This document shows positions 26,761-38,580 of a DNA stretch of 64,000 nt, one piece after another. The notes beneath the pieces were generated by a model, which was not told the origin of the DNA, searched no databases, and was given only the letters and a program-made list of their open reading frames with translations. Within the stretch, counting starts at the first letter, position 1. Each line of letters opens with the position of its first letter. Made by a program: the position numbers and the translations under genes. Source of the DNA: Eledone cirrhosa (taxonomy: Eukaryota); assembly GCA_964016885.1 (NCBI GenBank), contig OZ024744.1:12338001-12402000 (forward strand), given 5' to 3'.

Positions 26761-28550
26761 ATCATCATCATCATTATCATCATCATCATCATTTTACGTC
26801 TGCTTTTCCCTGCTTGCAAGGGTTGGATGGGTCCTATTCAGCACAGCACCTCTCCAATTGTCATGGTCCTTCGTCATCTCCTCGGTGAGTTTCAGCGATG
26901 TGAGGTCTGCTCTCACCACCTCCACCCATGTGTTTTCTGGTCTACCTCTACTGCATCTTCCTTCCACTGGGATTTCTTGGCACTTCTTTACCCAGTGGTC
27001 ATCCTCCATACGCATCACATGTCCATACCATCTCAGTCTTCTCTCCTGCACACCACAACTTATCTCTCTTATACACAGTTTCTTTCTCAACTCGTCTATG
27101 CTTGGTCGTTCACGCACATTGACATTGCACATCCAATGGAGCATACTTGCTTCATTTCTCTCCAGCCGTTGCATATCCTCTGCAGTTGCTGCCCATGTCT
27201 CACTACCATGCAGTATCACACATCTCACACAGGCATCATATAACCGTCCTTTCGTACGCAGGGAGAAACCCCTCTTTGTCAACAGAGGAAGCAGCTCACT
27301 AAACTTCTTCCAACCCATCCTTATTCTAGATACTATGGCCTTGGAACACCCTCTTCCCATTTTAATCTGATCACCTAGGTACCGGCAGCTATCAACCACT
27401 TCTATAGAACCCACCTGCATTGGAAAAATGTGTCTATCACTGCGATTACTACTGCCAACTTTCCCTGTACATCTACTGCATACGTATTTCTCCCTACCTG
27501 TTAGTTTGCCTGCTATCCCACTACATCTCTTGTGCACCCAAGATCGGCATTGCATACATTTTATGGAATTTATGCCAGTTCCTTTCCTACATATCAAACA
27601 TTTCCCTGATGGAATCGGAGTATTGTCCTCTCTTCTACTTATCAACACTTCAACACTTTTGTCTGAGCTATGTTCACTCTCAGTCCTCTTGATTCCAACT
27701 GTTGTTTCCATAGCCAGAATTTATTCTCTAGCTCCTCTACTGATTCTGCTATAAGATCATCAGCATAGAGAAGTTCCCATGGGCATCCAGTCTTAAACTC
27801 CTCTGTTTTGGCTTAGAGGACTATAATTAACAAGAGTGGGCTGAAGACCGAACCCTGATGTTCTCCTACTTGTATCTGGAATTCCTCACTAAACTCCATA
27901 CCTACTCTCACTTTACTGACAGCACCCCTGTACATAGCTTGCACTGCCCTCACAAGCCATTCCTCTGCACCTAGTTTCCTTCGGGACCACCCGATGACAG
28001 ATTGGGGTACCCTATCAAAGGCCTTCTCTAGACCAACAAAAGCTAAGTATAGTGGCTTATTCTTCTCTAAGAACCTCTCTTGTAATTGCCTCCCTAAGAA
28101 GAAGGCATCTGTTGTACTTTTCCGAGGCACAAAACCAAACTGCATCTCATCTAACTTGACCCTTTCTCTAATCAGTTGCGCTAATATTCTCTCTGCCACT
28201 TTCATAACCTGATCCATCAGCTTTATGCCCCTATAATTGCTCCTCTCTAGAGCATCCCCTTTACCTTTATAGCAATTTATGAGAATACTGCTGCACCAAT
28301 CTTTGGGTATGACACCACCATATATAACTTGATTGATGATGCGTGCAACCAGTTTAATGCCTACTTCACCTGATGCCTTCAGCATCTCAGCAACTATCCC
28401 CGATGGTTCAGCAGCCTTACCATTCTTCATTTCTTTAATTGCCTCTTGTACCCTATATTCGTCAATCTCAATAGCTGGTCCCTCTGTTGGGTCTACTGGG
28501 GGTAATTTCTCTCTGTCCTATTGGTTCTCCACATTCATCAGTCTCTTAGG
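26761..28550 (-). mobile_element. RTE LINE of a divergent subfamily, 5'-truncated, short 3' UTR
   Basis: ORFs 27813..28430 and 26794..27711 with RT motifs and finger CLICRKG..CMQCRSWVHKRC..CSRC; (GAT)n tail. Confidence 0.9.
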
Positions 28551-28590
28551 TGTAACCACAGTAAGATACTCAATACAAAGCAGAGTATAA

Positions 28591-28686
28591 ATATTTAATA
28601 TAGAAAAGGCTTCTACAGGACTACAATTGTTTCATTCCCAAATGAAACAGTTGTAGTCCTGTAGAAGCCTTTTCTATATTAAATAT
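28591..28686. repeat. Inverted repeat, 46-bp arms, 4-nt loop, made of the 3' half of a hammerhead cassette
   Basis: atatttaata...gtttcatt ccca aatgaaac...tattaaatat; same family as 30058-30130 and 40719-40791. Confidence 0.9.
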
Positions 28687-28729
28687 ATCTATATATCTAT
28701 ATGTGTGTGTGTGTGTGTGTGTATGTACA

Positions 28730-29404
28730 TCTAAACTATAATAAAGTACGGAGTGCGGTACTGCACCCAGAATATATATTTTATCCCGTTGTAAAATAAG
28801 TTGGATTACTTTGAATAAATAATTGTTTCTACTTTTTGGCACAAGGCCAGCAATTATTCCAGTGCATTACTGGTACTTTATTTTATCGACCCCGTAAGGA
28901 TGAAAGGCAAAGTTAACCTCGGCGGGATTTGAACTCAGAATGGCAAAGACCGTAACTCTATGCGTCAAAGCATGGCGTCCGACCCTCTACCGATACTGCC
29001 AATCCAATGAATGAATATTACATAATTTATCTACTAAATTTCGTTATTCTTGATTAAATATAAATAATTTGGTTGCTTATTTTAAGATTCACATCTTTAA
29101 AATTTTCAAATGTCAACACTTCCAGTTAGCGATGATCGCTTAAATAAACATTCATATATTTCCGTCACTAATTTTCTCCTAATGCAGTTTATATATAATA
29201 TCTTCTTTTTTTAAATGTATCATGGATTACGTTACTGATTACATAAGACAGTGTAACACAGACTTCGTTCAATTTCTGTGTATATTGTCAATTACAATTT
29301 TATATGATGTAACATATCTACATGCATATATACTTGCGTATAATATCAATATGCACACTACACATGCTAGCAGAAAAGCACCCGAAGGGTGGTTTTTCTG
29401 CTAG
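28730..29404 (+). mobile_element. Non-autonomous Helitron-like element containing a SINE
   Basis: A|TC start (tctaaactataataaag), subterminal hairpin caccc-gaa-gggtg, CTAG|T end. Confidence 0.6.
28817..29005 (-). mobile_element. tRNA-derived SINE, family 1
   Basis: A box TGGCAGTATCGG, B box GAGTTCAAATCC, central ccgagg..gcctttcatcct..ggggtcgataaaat domain; other copies at 35654, 39615, 47285. Confidence 0.85.
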
Positions 29405-29501
29405 TATATATAAATGTATGTATATATACTATATATAATGGGTTCAATCGGGGGTAACCACAGTAAGTAAAGTACTCAATACAAAGCAGAGTATAAATAT
29501 T

Positions 29502-29565
29502 TAATATAGAAGAGGCTTCTACAGGACGAAACAGATCTAGTCCTGTAGAAGCCTTTTCTATATTA
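29502..29565. repeat. Inverted repeat, 26-bp arms, from the same hammerhead cassette family
   Basis: taatatagaagaggcttctacaggac / gtcctgtagaagccttttctatatta. Confidence 0.85.
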
Positions 29566-29583
29566 GATACCTATATATCTATA

Positions 29584-29624
<41 letters not shown>

Positions 29625-29625
<1 letters not shown>

Positions 29626-29961
29626 ATCATTTCATTTTACGTCCGCTTTTTCCCTGCTTGCAAGGGTGGGACGGGAACTGATTCTGGCTTGATTTCTACA
29701 GCTGGAAGCCCTTCCTAACACCAACCTCATTTATAGTGAGTGCTGGGTGCTTTTTTTGCTGTGGCACCTCCACGACCACTTTGCAATGGAATGATATGGA
29801 TCCCAGTCCCTATCATCTCATTTCTACAGCTGAGTAAACTGGAGCAATGTGAAATAAAGTGTCTTGCTCAAGGAAACAACACATCACCCGGTCTGAGAAT
29901 TGAACTCACAACCTTTCGATTGCAAAGCCAATGGTCTAACTACTAAGCCATGTGCCTCCAC
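29625..29961 (-). mobile_element. tRNA-derived SINE, family 2, with RTE-derived 3' tail
   Basis: A box TGGCTTAGTAG, B box GAGTTCAATTC, ccttgagcaagacactt core; tail nearly identical to the RTE 3' end at 32180-32400. Confidence 0.85.
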
Positions 29962-29992
29962 TATATATATATATATTTATATATATATATAA

Positions 29993-30670
29993 GATAAGTT
30001 ATTCCGGGTTGAATCGGAGGTAACCACAGTAAGTAAGGTACTCAATACATAACAGAGTATATAAGTTTTAATATAGAAGAGCTTCTACAGGACTAGAACT
30101 GTTTCATTCATGAGGAATCATCAGGAAGCTGGCTGTCCAAGTAAGTAGTGGTATGTATATCATTTCTTTTCTGGTGGTAGGCGAGGGTGGGGATTGGGAT
30201 GTGTGGAGGTCATTGGTTGAAGGATTTAAAGAAAAGGAAGTTCATTAAAAGCTAATTCTTTAAGGCTATAATATTAACAAAGGCAGAAAAAATACTGTAA
30301 ACAAATTCAAATTTGGAATACCAATCCTAGTTTATCACATAGACTAACAATGGCAGTAAGACAGGTGTCTACAGGATGGGTGGGGTTCAATGGTTTAAAG
30401 AATAGGTAAATTAAGGGTGACAAAGGCAGAAAGGGGTTCCATCAACAGATTCAAGTGTTGTAAAGTTTCTCTTAATATATATTCCAGGTGACAACAGGCA
30501 CACACGTGCCCACTTACACACGTACACACACATACACGCACGCACACACAGGCATGTACACACACACAACAAACATACCTAATGGTACATACACACATAC
30601 ATATATACAAATATATACATACACATATACATACATATGTGTACATACATACGCATATATATATATATAT
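29993..30670 (-). mobile_element. Hammerhead-bearing cassette (Penelope pseudo-LTR-like)
   Basis: Repeated at 37847-38140 (-) and 40150-40791 (+); contains a hammerhead; abuts (TA)n. Confidence 0.7.
30080..30130 (-). ncRNA. Type I hammerhead ribozyme motif
   Basis: Minus strand reads agcttc CTGATGA ttcctcatgaat GAAA cag ttctagtc ctg TA gaagct; stems I and III pair perfectly, GUA site. Confidence 0.8.
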
Positions 30671-32399
30671 ACCAAAAGATTGGTGCAGTAGCATCATTGT
30701 CAAGGAAACTATAGAGGTATAAAGCTGATGGACCAGGTCATGAAAGTAACAGAAAGAGGTATAGCACATTTGATTAGGGACCGGGTGAAACTAGATGAGA
30801 TGCAATTTGGGTTTGTACCAGGAAGAGGCACCACTGATGCCCTCTTCCTTGTGAGGTAGTTACAGGAAAAGTACCTAGCTAAAAGTAAGCCACTCAACCT
30901 GGCATTCGTCGATCTCGAGAAAGCCTTTGACACAGTTCCACGTGCTGTAATCTGGTGGGCTCTTAGAAAACTATGAGTAGATGAATGGCTTGTGAAAGCT
31001 GTACAAGCCATGTATAGGGGAGCAGTCAGCAAAGTTAGGATTAGCAATGAGTATAGCGAGGAATTTAGCGTAGAGGTTGGTGTCCACCAGGGCTCTGTTC
31101 TTAGACCTCTCCTGTTCATCATAGTCCTGCAGGCAATAACGGAGGAGTTTAAGACCGGATGCCCATGCGAACTCCTGTATGCTGATGACCTCGCACTTAT
31201 AGCTGAATCTATGGTAGAACTCGAGAAGAATTTCCAAACTTGGAAGCAGGGACTAGAAAGAAAAGGTCTAAAGTCAACATGACAAAGACTAAGGTCCTTG
31301 TAAGTAGACGAGAAAACAGAACCCAGATCCCCTCAGGGAAATGGCCTTGCTCAGTATGTAAGAAAGGTGTAGGTAGGAACTCCATTCTCTGCCCCAAATG
31401 TAAACAATGGGTACACAAGAGATGTAGCGGGATCTCAGGAAGCTTAATTAAGAATGTAGGGTTAACATGCAGCAGCTGTACTGGGACAGCAAGCAGCAAA
31501 CAGCCACAGTAAACAAGTACCACCAATCTCTGGGAGGGCTCTGTAGAGACAGTAGACAGCTTCTGCTACCTAGGTGACCGAATTAGCAGCTGAGGTAGGT
31601 GTTTGGAAAGTACAATAACTAGGGTAAGAACGGGATGGAAGAAGTTCAGGGAACTACTACCACTGCTAGCTGCAAAAGGCTTCTCCCTCAAAATGAAAGA
31701 CAGACTGTATGATGCGTGTATCCGAACAGCAATGTTACATGGTAGTGAGACCTGGGCGCTGAAGGTGGAAGACTTACGTAGATTAGAGAGAAATGAAGCC
31801 TGCATGCTCCGATGGATGTGTAATAGTAATATACACGACCGACAAAGCATAAATGAATTGAGAGAGAGACTGAGCATAAGAGGAATCAAATGCTGTGTGC
31901 AGAAGAGGCGGTTGCATTGGTATGGACATGTGATGCGTATGAAGGATGACAGCTGCATAAAAAGGTGCAGAGCACTAGAAGTCGATGGAAACCGCGGAGT
32001 GGGGAGACCCAAGATGACCTGGGATGAGGTGATAAAAGCCGACCTTACCCAATTACACCTCTCCAATGTGATGACACACGACCGTGACCTCTGGTGTCAC
32101 GCAGTAATACAGAGTACCCGACCTCCCATGGGTACAAGCTGAAGCATATAGACAATATGCCCCCACACCCTCCCACTGCAAGGTGGTCGTGGAGGTGCCA
32201 CGGCAAAAAATCACCCAGCCCACACTGTAAAGTGGATGTGTAGGCGCCACGAAAAAGCACCCAGCACTCACTGTAAATGAGGTTGGTGTTAGGAAGGGCA
32301 TCCAGCTGTAGAAATCAAGCCAGAATCAGTTCCCGTCCCACCCTTGCAAGCAGGGAAAAAGCGGACGTAAAATGAAATGATGATGATGATGATGATGAT
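30671..32399 (+). mobile_element. RTE LINE, 5'-truncated
   Basis: QFGF, DLEKAFD, YADD, C4HC3 finger, RLHWYGHV; 3' UTR and (GAT)n tail. Confidence 0.92.
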
Positions 32400-32609
32400 A
32401 TATATATATATACATATACACATATATATATATACGCACACATATACACATATATACATATATATACATATATATACATATATATATATACATACATACA
32501 TATATATATATATATAACCAAAGATTAATATGGTTCGTTGATTACTCAATGAATAGAGTTTTACAATAGATTAAAAGCACTCAACAGTTTAGTTTTGCTG
32601 GAGTTATTA

Positions 32610-32948
32610 ATATTATTCAAAATATTAACAAATGAAGAAGTTCGCATAATCAAAATATATGTTTTATTATATATATTTTGAAGGTACTGTGTTGTCTTTT
32701 CAGTACGTCCTCGTCAGATAAAATACATGAATTGATATATGACATACCTCTACGGTCTTGATAGTTCAATTCCTGTATTGGCAATACTGGAATTGAACTA
32801 TCAAGATCGTAGAGGTATGTCATATATCAATTCATGTATTTTATCTGACGAGGACGTACTGAAAAAACAACACAGTACCTTCAAAATATATATAATAAAA
32901 CATATATTTTGATTATGCGAACTTCTTCATTTGTTAATATTTTGAATA

Positions 32949-32952
<4 letters not shown>
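32610..32952. repeat. Near-perfect 343-bp palindrome (171-bp arms, 1-nt spacer) in a hammerhead cassette (~32517-32952)
   Basis: Centre gtattg-g-caatac at 32781. Confidence 0.95.
32839..32900 (+). ncRNA. Minimal type I hammerhead motif with G12A change (mirror 32662-32723 on -)
   Basis: ttttat CTGACGA ggacgtactg..cagtaccttc AAAA tatata TA ataaaa. Confidence 0.65.
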
Positions 32953-33011
<59 letters not shown>

Positions 33012-33099
33012 AACATATAATCTTTTGCTCTCTCTCAATGCTATTCTATAATTCTGTCTGGTTGTTTCTAAATAATCTTCTTGTATTTTAAAACCCCAT

Positions 33100-35130
33100 T
33101 ACTCACTTATTATTACTGTTATATGCTTCTCCAATTATGCCCCAAAATTCGAAGATTTCATTTAAACCCTCTCGCTAACTACCCCATACCCCTCCCACCC
33201 GCCCCCACTCTCCACCATTATTATTAGGACCAATCATAAGTCAGCTGACTATGCTATCACTTCTGGTTGCTTGCTGATATGATGGATGGACTATGGAATT
33301 CTGGAGCGTCTGAAGAATCTGGACACTCAGTGACAATGCTAAAGATAAAGACAAATTCACCACATGCTGCCGGAGGAAAAGACAAGGACTCCTCCTCTTT
33401 GTTTCGGCTGCGGATGGCCAACATAACCCCAACCCCATCCCCCTCCCCCCTCCCCACGCCCTACCGTTCCCACCCACCAAACGCAATCCAAAACTTCAGA
33501 GTTGGTACCATGAATGTAGGCACCTTAAAAGGTCGCTCTAACGAGATTGTAGAAATGCTTGAACGTAAGGAGGTTGATGTTTGCTGTATCCAAGAGAGCA
33601 GGTGGAGGGGTGGGTCTGCTAGATTCATTGTGGGTAAAAAACGATGCTATAAGCTTTTCTGGGTGGGAAATGAAAATGGGCTGGGTGGGGTAGGAATCAT
33701 GTTTGCAGAAAAATGGGTAGATAAGATAATAGACGTAAATAGAGTGAACGACAGAATAATTAAAATAAGACTTGTCCTAAATAGAACTACTGTGACAGTA
33801 ATATCTGCGTATGCACCCCAAACCGGACTGCCTGGCGCTATAAAAGACAGATTCTATGAGACATTGATGTTCACTACCTCCCAAATAACCTACAGTGACT
33901 ACATAATTATTGCTGGCGACCTAAATGGTCACATTGGACAACATTGTGATGGCTATGACGGAATCCATGGAGGCTATGGGTTTGGTACTAGAAATGAGGA
34001 AGGCTCCAGAATCCTTGAATTCTGCGACGCAAATAACCTAACTATCTGTAACACTAACTTCAAAAAACGAGACAATCACTTGATCACCTAGAGATCAGGG
34101 GAACACGCCAGAAGACGTGATGGAGTGTCTGTTGTAAACACTAAATCCCTCCCCCATGAAGAATGCACCTCCCAACATAGACTCATAGTCAGCGACCTCG
34201 TAGTCAGGACAAGACGTACTCGACAACGGAGGAGGACTATTCTCAGGAGAAAAATATGGAAGCTAAAGGACCCCACAGCCAGTAATAAATTTAAAAGCAT
34301 ATTACTTGATGCTTTCGACAGTAAGGAAGAGCAATTAGGGTCGTACAATATAGAGGAACAGTGGGGATTCCTGAAAGCTAACCTGCTGAAGGTGGCAGAT
34401 GAAGTCTGTGGCTGGAACAGGCCTATAGGCAGGAGGAGAGTAACGTGGTGGTGGAATAGTAAGGTGGAGGAGTCAATCAAGGCCAAAAAGCAGGCTTGGA
34501 AAGTATGGTGGGTTGGGGGAAGTAGAGAAGACTATCAAGTGGCCAGGAGGGAAGCTAGGAGACAAGTGTACTTCGCAAGAAGGGAAGCAGAAGAAAGAAA
34601 GTTCAAGCATGTTCCACAACGCGAGGACCAAAAACGTGAGGTGTTCAGGATTGCTAGGGAATGTGTCAAGGAAAACTGTGATATTGTCGGGGAGAAGTGT
34701 GTCCTTAATGATGATGGTGTACTTGCCATCACTGACGCTGATAAGAAGGTAGCTTGGAAGTGTCACTACGAAAGGCTACTAAATGAGGAGAATAAATGGG
34801 AGAAAGACAGTCACCCCCATATCGATCCAATAGAGGGACCAGCAGTGCAAGTTGAAGGTAGTATAATAAGTAAGGCAATCAAAGATATGAAGACGAGTAA
34901 GGCGGCTGGGCCTTCGGAAATAGTTGCTGAAATGCTGAAAGAATCTGGAACGGTGGGACACACTATGGTCACCCGGGTAGTAAACCAAGTCATACAGAAT
35001 GGGGTCGTTCTGAAGGACTGGCGTAGCAGCATCATCATTAACTGCTACAAGGGTAAAGGAGATGCTCTTGATAGGGGTAACTATAGAGGCATTAAATTAA
35101 TCAACCAGCTCATAAAGGTCACAGAAAAAG
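33100..35130 (+). mobile_element. RTE LINE 5' part (APE endonuclease plus N-terminal RT), 3'-truncated
   Basis: ORF 33267..34091 GTMNVGTL, CIQESRW, SAYAPQ, GDLNGH; ORF 34125..35159 up to NYRGIKLI. Confidence 0.92.
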
Positions 35131-35573
35131 TAATTTTTATTTCCAACTCTCACTCTTAACTTCCAATGTAAAACCATGATACCTAGAATTAAGTTTATTT
35201 TCCCTTATGAGTTGATGGTCAGTCGTACTGTCCACGCTTAGTGAGAGGTAGTATTATGACCTGTAAAAACTAACACTCTCCCATCCCCTCTGGCTTTCGA
35301 CTGACTGCCACAGTCGGGATGAGTAGCAGTAAACTATGGTACAGGTTTAGGTGGGCCATTATTTGGCTGAGAGGGTGAACTGACTAAGCGAATTTCGTTG
35401 AAATCTGCGGTAGCTAATGGTCAACTTCCTTCGGACATGCGCCTGCGCAGACCGGTGGGGGTGAATTGGTACTCACAGGGGAACGGATGAAAAACCCAAA
35501 AGCACGCACTTCATCCGTTCCCATGTCGATTCAATTTGGATTGCCTCGGAAACATAACCTAATTATGTAACAG

Positions 35574-35647
35574 GCTGTCTGATGATGTCACGACACTCGC
35601 ACACAGAACAGTGTGGCCAGTGTCGTCATTGAAATATATATCACAGC
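35574..35647 (+). ncRNA. Minimal type I hammerhead ribozyme with palindromic stem III
   Basis: gctgt CTGATGA tgtc-acgacact..agtgtcgt-catt GAAA tatata TC acagc; predicted cleavage after C35642. Confidence 0.8.
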
Positions 35648-35653
35648 ATTATT

Positions 35654-35836
35654 ATTGGCAGTATCGGTAGAGGGTCGGACGCCATGCTTTCCAGCATAGT
35701 TACGTCCCTTTACGGTCTGAGTTCAAATCCCGCCGAGGTTGACTTTGCCTTTCATCCTTACGGGGTCGATAAAATAAAGTACTAGTAATACACTGGGTAA
35801 TTGCTGGCCTTGTGCCTAACGTAGAAACAATTATTA
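35654..35836 (+). mobile_element. tRNA-derived SINE, family 1
   Basis: A and B boxes and central domain as at 28817. Confidence 0.85.
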
Positions 35837-36009
35837 ATGGACTTGAACATCTGAAACTACTTCGCTTTTCCTTATTCTATATATATATATATATATATCA
35901 TCATCATCATCATCATATATGTATATATATATGTATATATATATATATATGTATATATATACATGTACACTGGATATTTAGCTCCTTTATTTGTCGAGCG
36001 CTTACACGG

Positions 36010-37400
36010 AACACCATGGAATTGTTCTACAACACTTCCTCCCTAAAGGACATTCATTTACCTTCGGAAGATGTCTACATGGACCTATTACTAAAGCAGA
36101 CAAACAATTTCATCAGGAGGATCCGTTGGAGGGCCTACCACTACAACAACAGGAGGGCCCCTGGATCAATTGACAATTCCACCAACCACATAAAAAGTCT
36201 TTTCAAATCAACGAAAAACCCACCGCACAACCCACTCCTTGAGGAATTTGAGAGCAGGATCATTACCATGATCCGGAAAATTAGATTCAGGAAACCACCG
36301 CGAAACCCTGACAGAAGGGCATTCCTGTGCGGGCTCGCCTCTACCTTAAAAACAGGCGAAATCAATAATGACCGAACTGAGTATTGACGACAGGACCTTT
36401 CCTTACAACCCTAGGACACCGAGAATATCCATTAAAGACCATAAACCGGACTTCCAGTCAAAACTACCGGTCAGGCTCATAGCCCCTTCCAAATCGGACC
36501 TTGGTAGACTTAGCAGATCAATCATTGACCGAATCTTACCTGAACTTAAGATTAGAACTAAATTCAGCCTATGGTCTTGTACAAAGGAGGTAATAGACTG
36601 GTTTTGTGCCATTGAAACTAAGTCGAATGTTCGATTAGTCTAATTGGACATTACGAACTACTACGCATCTATATCCCCAATCATCCTTAACAAGGCACTG
36701 ATCTCAGCCATGAACAGATCAAGCCTCACTAGAAGAGAAGTAGACATAATAATAACAGCTAGGAAAACTTTACTAGAATTCGACGGAAGACTTTGGGAAC
36801 GACAGAATAGACCAGATAGCTTCGAAATCACCATGGGATCGACTGACTCGGCACAGGTTACAGATGTAGTAGGCATATACCTCCTAAACATATTAACGGA
36901 CGAGATCCCCTCCTTGGGCGGTGGCTTATACCGGGATGATGCCCTACTAATGACCCGTGGACTTAATAACAGCCAACTGAATAGAATACACAAACGACTT
37001 AGGTACATCTTTAAGACCCAAGGTTTAGCAGTAGAAATTGAACCTAACAATAGGACAGTTAACTTCTTAGACGTCACCCTATAATTAGACTCAGGCCTCT
37101 ACCGTCCATACCACAAACCTAATGAAAATCTTAGATACGTCTATAGACACTCCAACCACCCTAAGAGCATAATTAACTCTATAGTTAAAAGCGTCTCCAA
37201 CAGAGTGTCCACACTGTCGGCTAACAAAAATATCTTCAAGCAGCACGCGGAATACTACGACTCCGCACTTATAAACGCTGGTTATACTGAGAAGATTTCT
37301 TACATCGACCCAAATAGAACCGTAACACAGCTAAACATAGCAGGACCCTTAGAAACGAACTTAGAAGAAACCTCCACACCTACACACCTAGGACACACAA
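36010..37400 (+). mobile_element. Penelope-like element reverse transcriptase pseudogene (YRDD type, possibly Naiad clade); no GIY-YIG domain seen
   Basis: SLKDIHLPS..FIRRIRWRA, IKDHKPDF..RLIAPSKSDLG, DITNYYASI, ITMGSTDSAQ, GLYRDDAL, VNFLDVTL, YRPYHKPN..SNHP; stops and a frameshift. Confidence 0.88.
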
Positions 37401-37743
37401 TAACCTTAGACGCCCCCTAGCCGGCAGTGCAGACAGCACCTCGCATAACTGTCTAGGAGATAAAGCCATACTCTCCAGCCCAAATAACAACTCCGACTAT
37501 CGCACACGTTTGCGTACCAATAGAGACAAGGGACATAACGCCAATAGATTACCTGGAACCTATTTGAAACAAACGCCTGACCAAAACACACACAAACTAC
37601 CACCCAACCACAAAAACCTCACTAAACAACGCATAAACCTCATTTGTATAGCCTGGTCTATTCGATTTCTTATATAGTTAACTATGCTAATTGGGAGAGG
37701 AAATAGTTTATATTTTATCTTGTGATTCTATAGACATGTTTTA

Positions 37744-37848
<105 letters not shown>

Positions 37849-37933
37849 TAAGTTATTCCGGGTTGAATCGGAGGTAACCACAGTAAGTAAGGTACTCAAT
37901 ACATAGCAGAGTATAAAAGTTTTAATATAGATG

Positions 37934-37984
37934 AGATTCTACAGGACTAGAACCGTTTCATTCTTTAGAAATCATCAGGGATCT
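37934..37984 (-). ncRNA. Type I hammerhead motif in cassette 37847-38140
   Basis: Minus strand: agatcc CTGATGA tttctaaagaat GAAA cgg ttctagtc ctg TA gaatct. Confidence 0.72.
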
Positions 37985-38189
37985 GGCTGTCCAAAATAAA
38001 TGTTGTGGTATTTGTATCTTTTCAGGTGGTAGGAGAGGGTGGGAGTGGGATGGGTGGAGGTCATTGGTTGAAAGAAAAGGGAATTCATTAAAAGCTAATT
38101 CTTTAAGGCTATAATTTATATTTAGAGTAACAAAGGCAGAAAGAATGTCGCTTTAGATTCTCTTAGAGTTGTCTGAAATGTATAGCCTT

Positions 38190-38268
38190 ACACACGCTGA
38201 TGAACCATGGGCTAATCTTTTCTGTCAACTTATTTGGTGAAACAGATCTTTTGGATTTGTACGTGTGT
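38190..38268 (+). ncRNA. Type I hammerhead ribozyme, intact core, stable stem III
   Basis: acacacg CTGATGA acca..tggt GAAA cagatc ttttg gatttg TA cgtgtgt; predicted cleavage after A38261. Confidence 0.85.
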
Positions 38269-38516
38269 GTTAGATAGTTATCGAGGTATGTATTTACACT
38301 TTAATTTATACTTTTAATTATTGTGTGTCTACTCTGCCTTCCATGGGTTATAGATTCCATACACTGGTGGATTTTCCCTGTTTGATTGATGGCGCACTAT
38401 CTCCCTCTAGTGTGTTGTCTTCTCTACATATTGTATTATAAAGGGCTCGGGATTCCTTCTCCTTTGAGCACATAATTTACAGGGAATGGCGAGGGCCTAT
38501 GGCTCCGTTAATTTAT

Positions 38517-38580
<64 letters not shown>

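Noticed and set aside
33278-33292. 15-mer tatgatggatggact shared with the CR1 5' region (51695-51709, -)
   Set aside because: A match of this length is near chance expectation in a 64-kb self-comparison, and there is no extended similarity.
35265-35380. Possible twister ribozyme (taacact...gagggtg)
   Set aside because: The conserved central twister loop and pseudoknot pairings could not be found.
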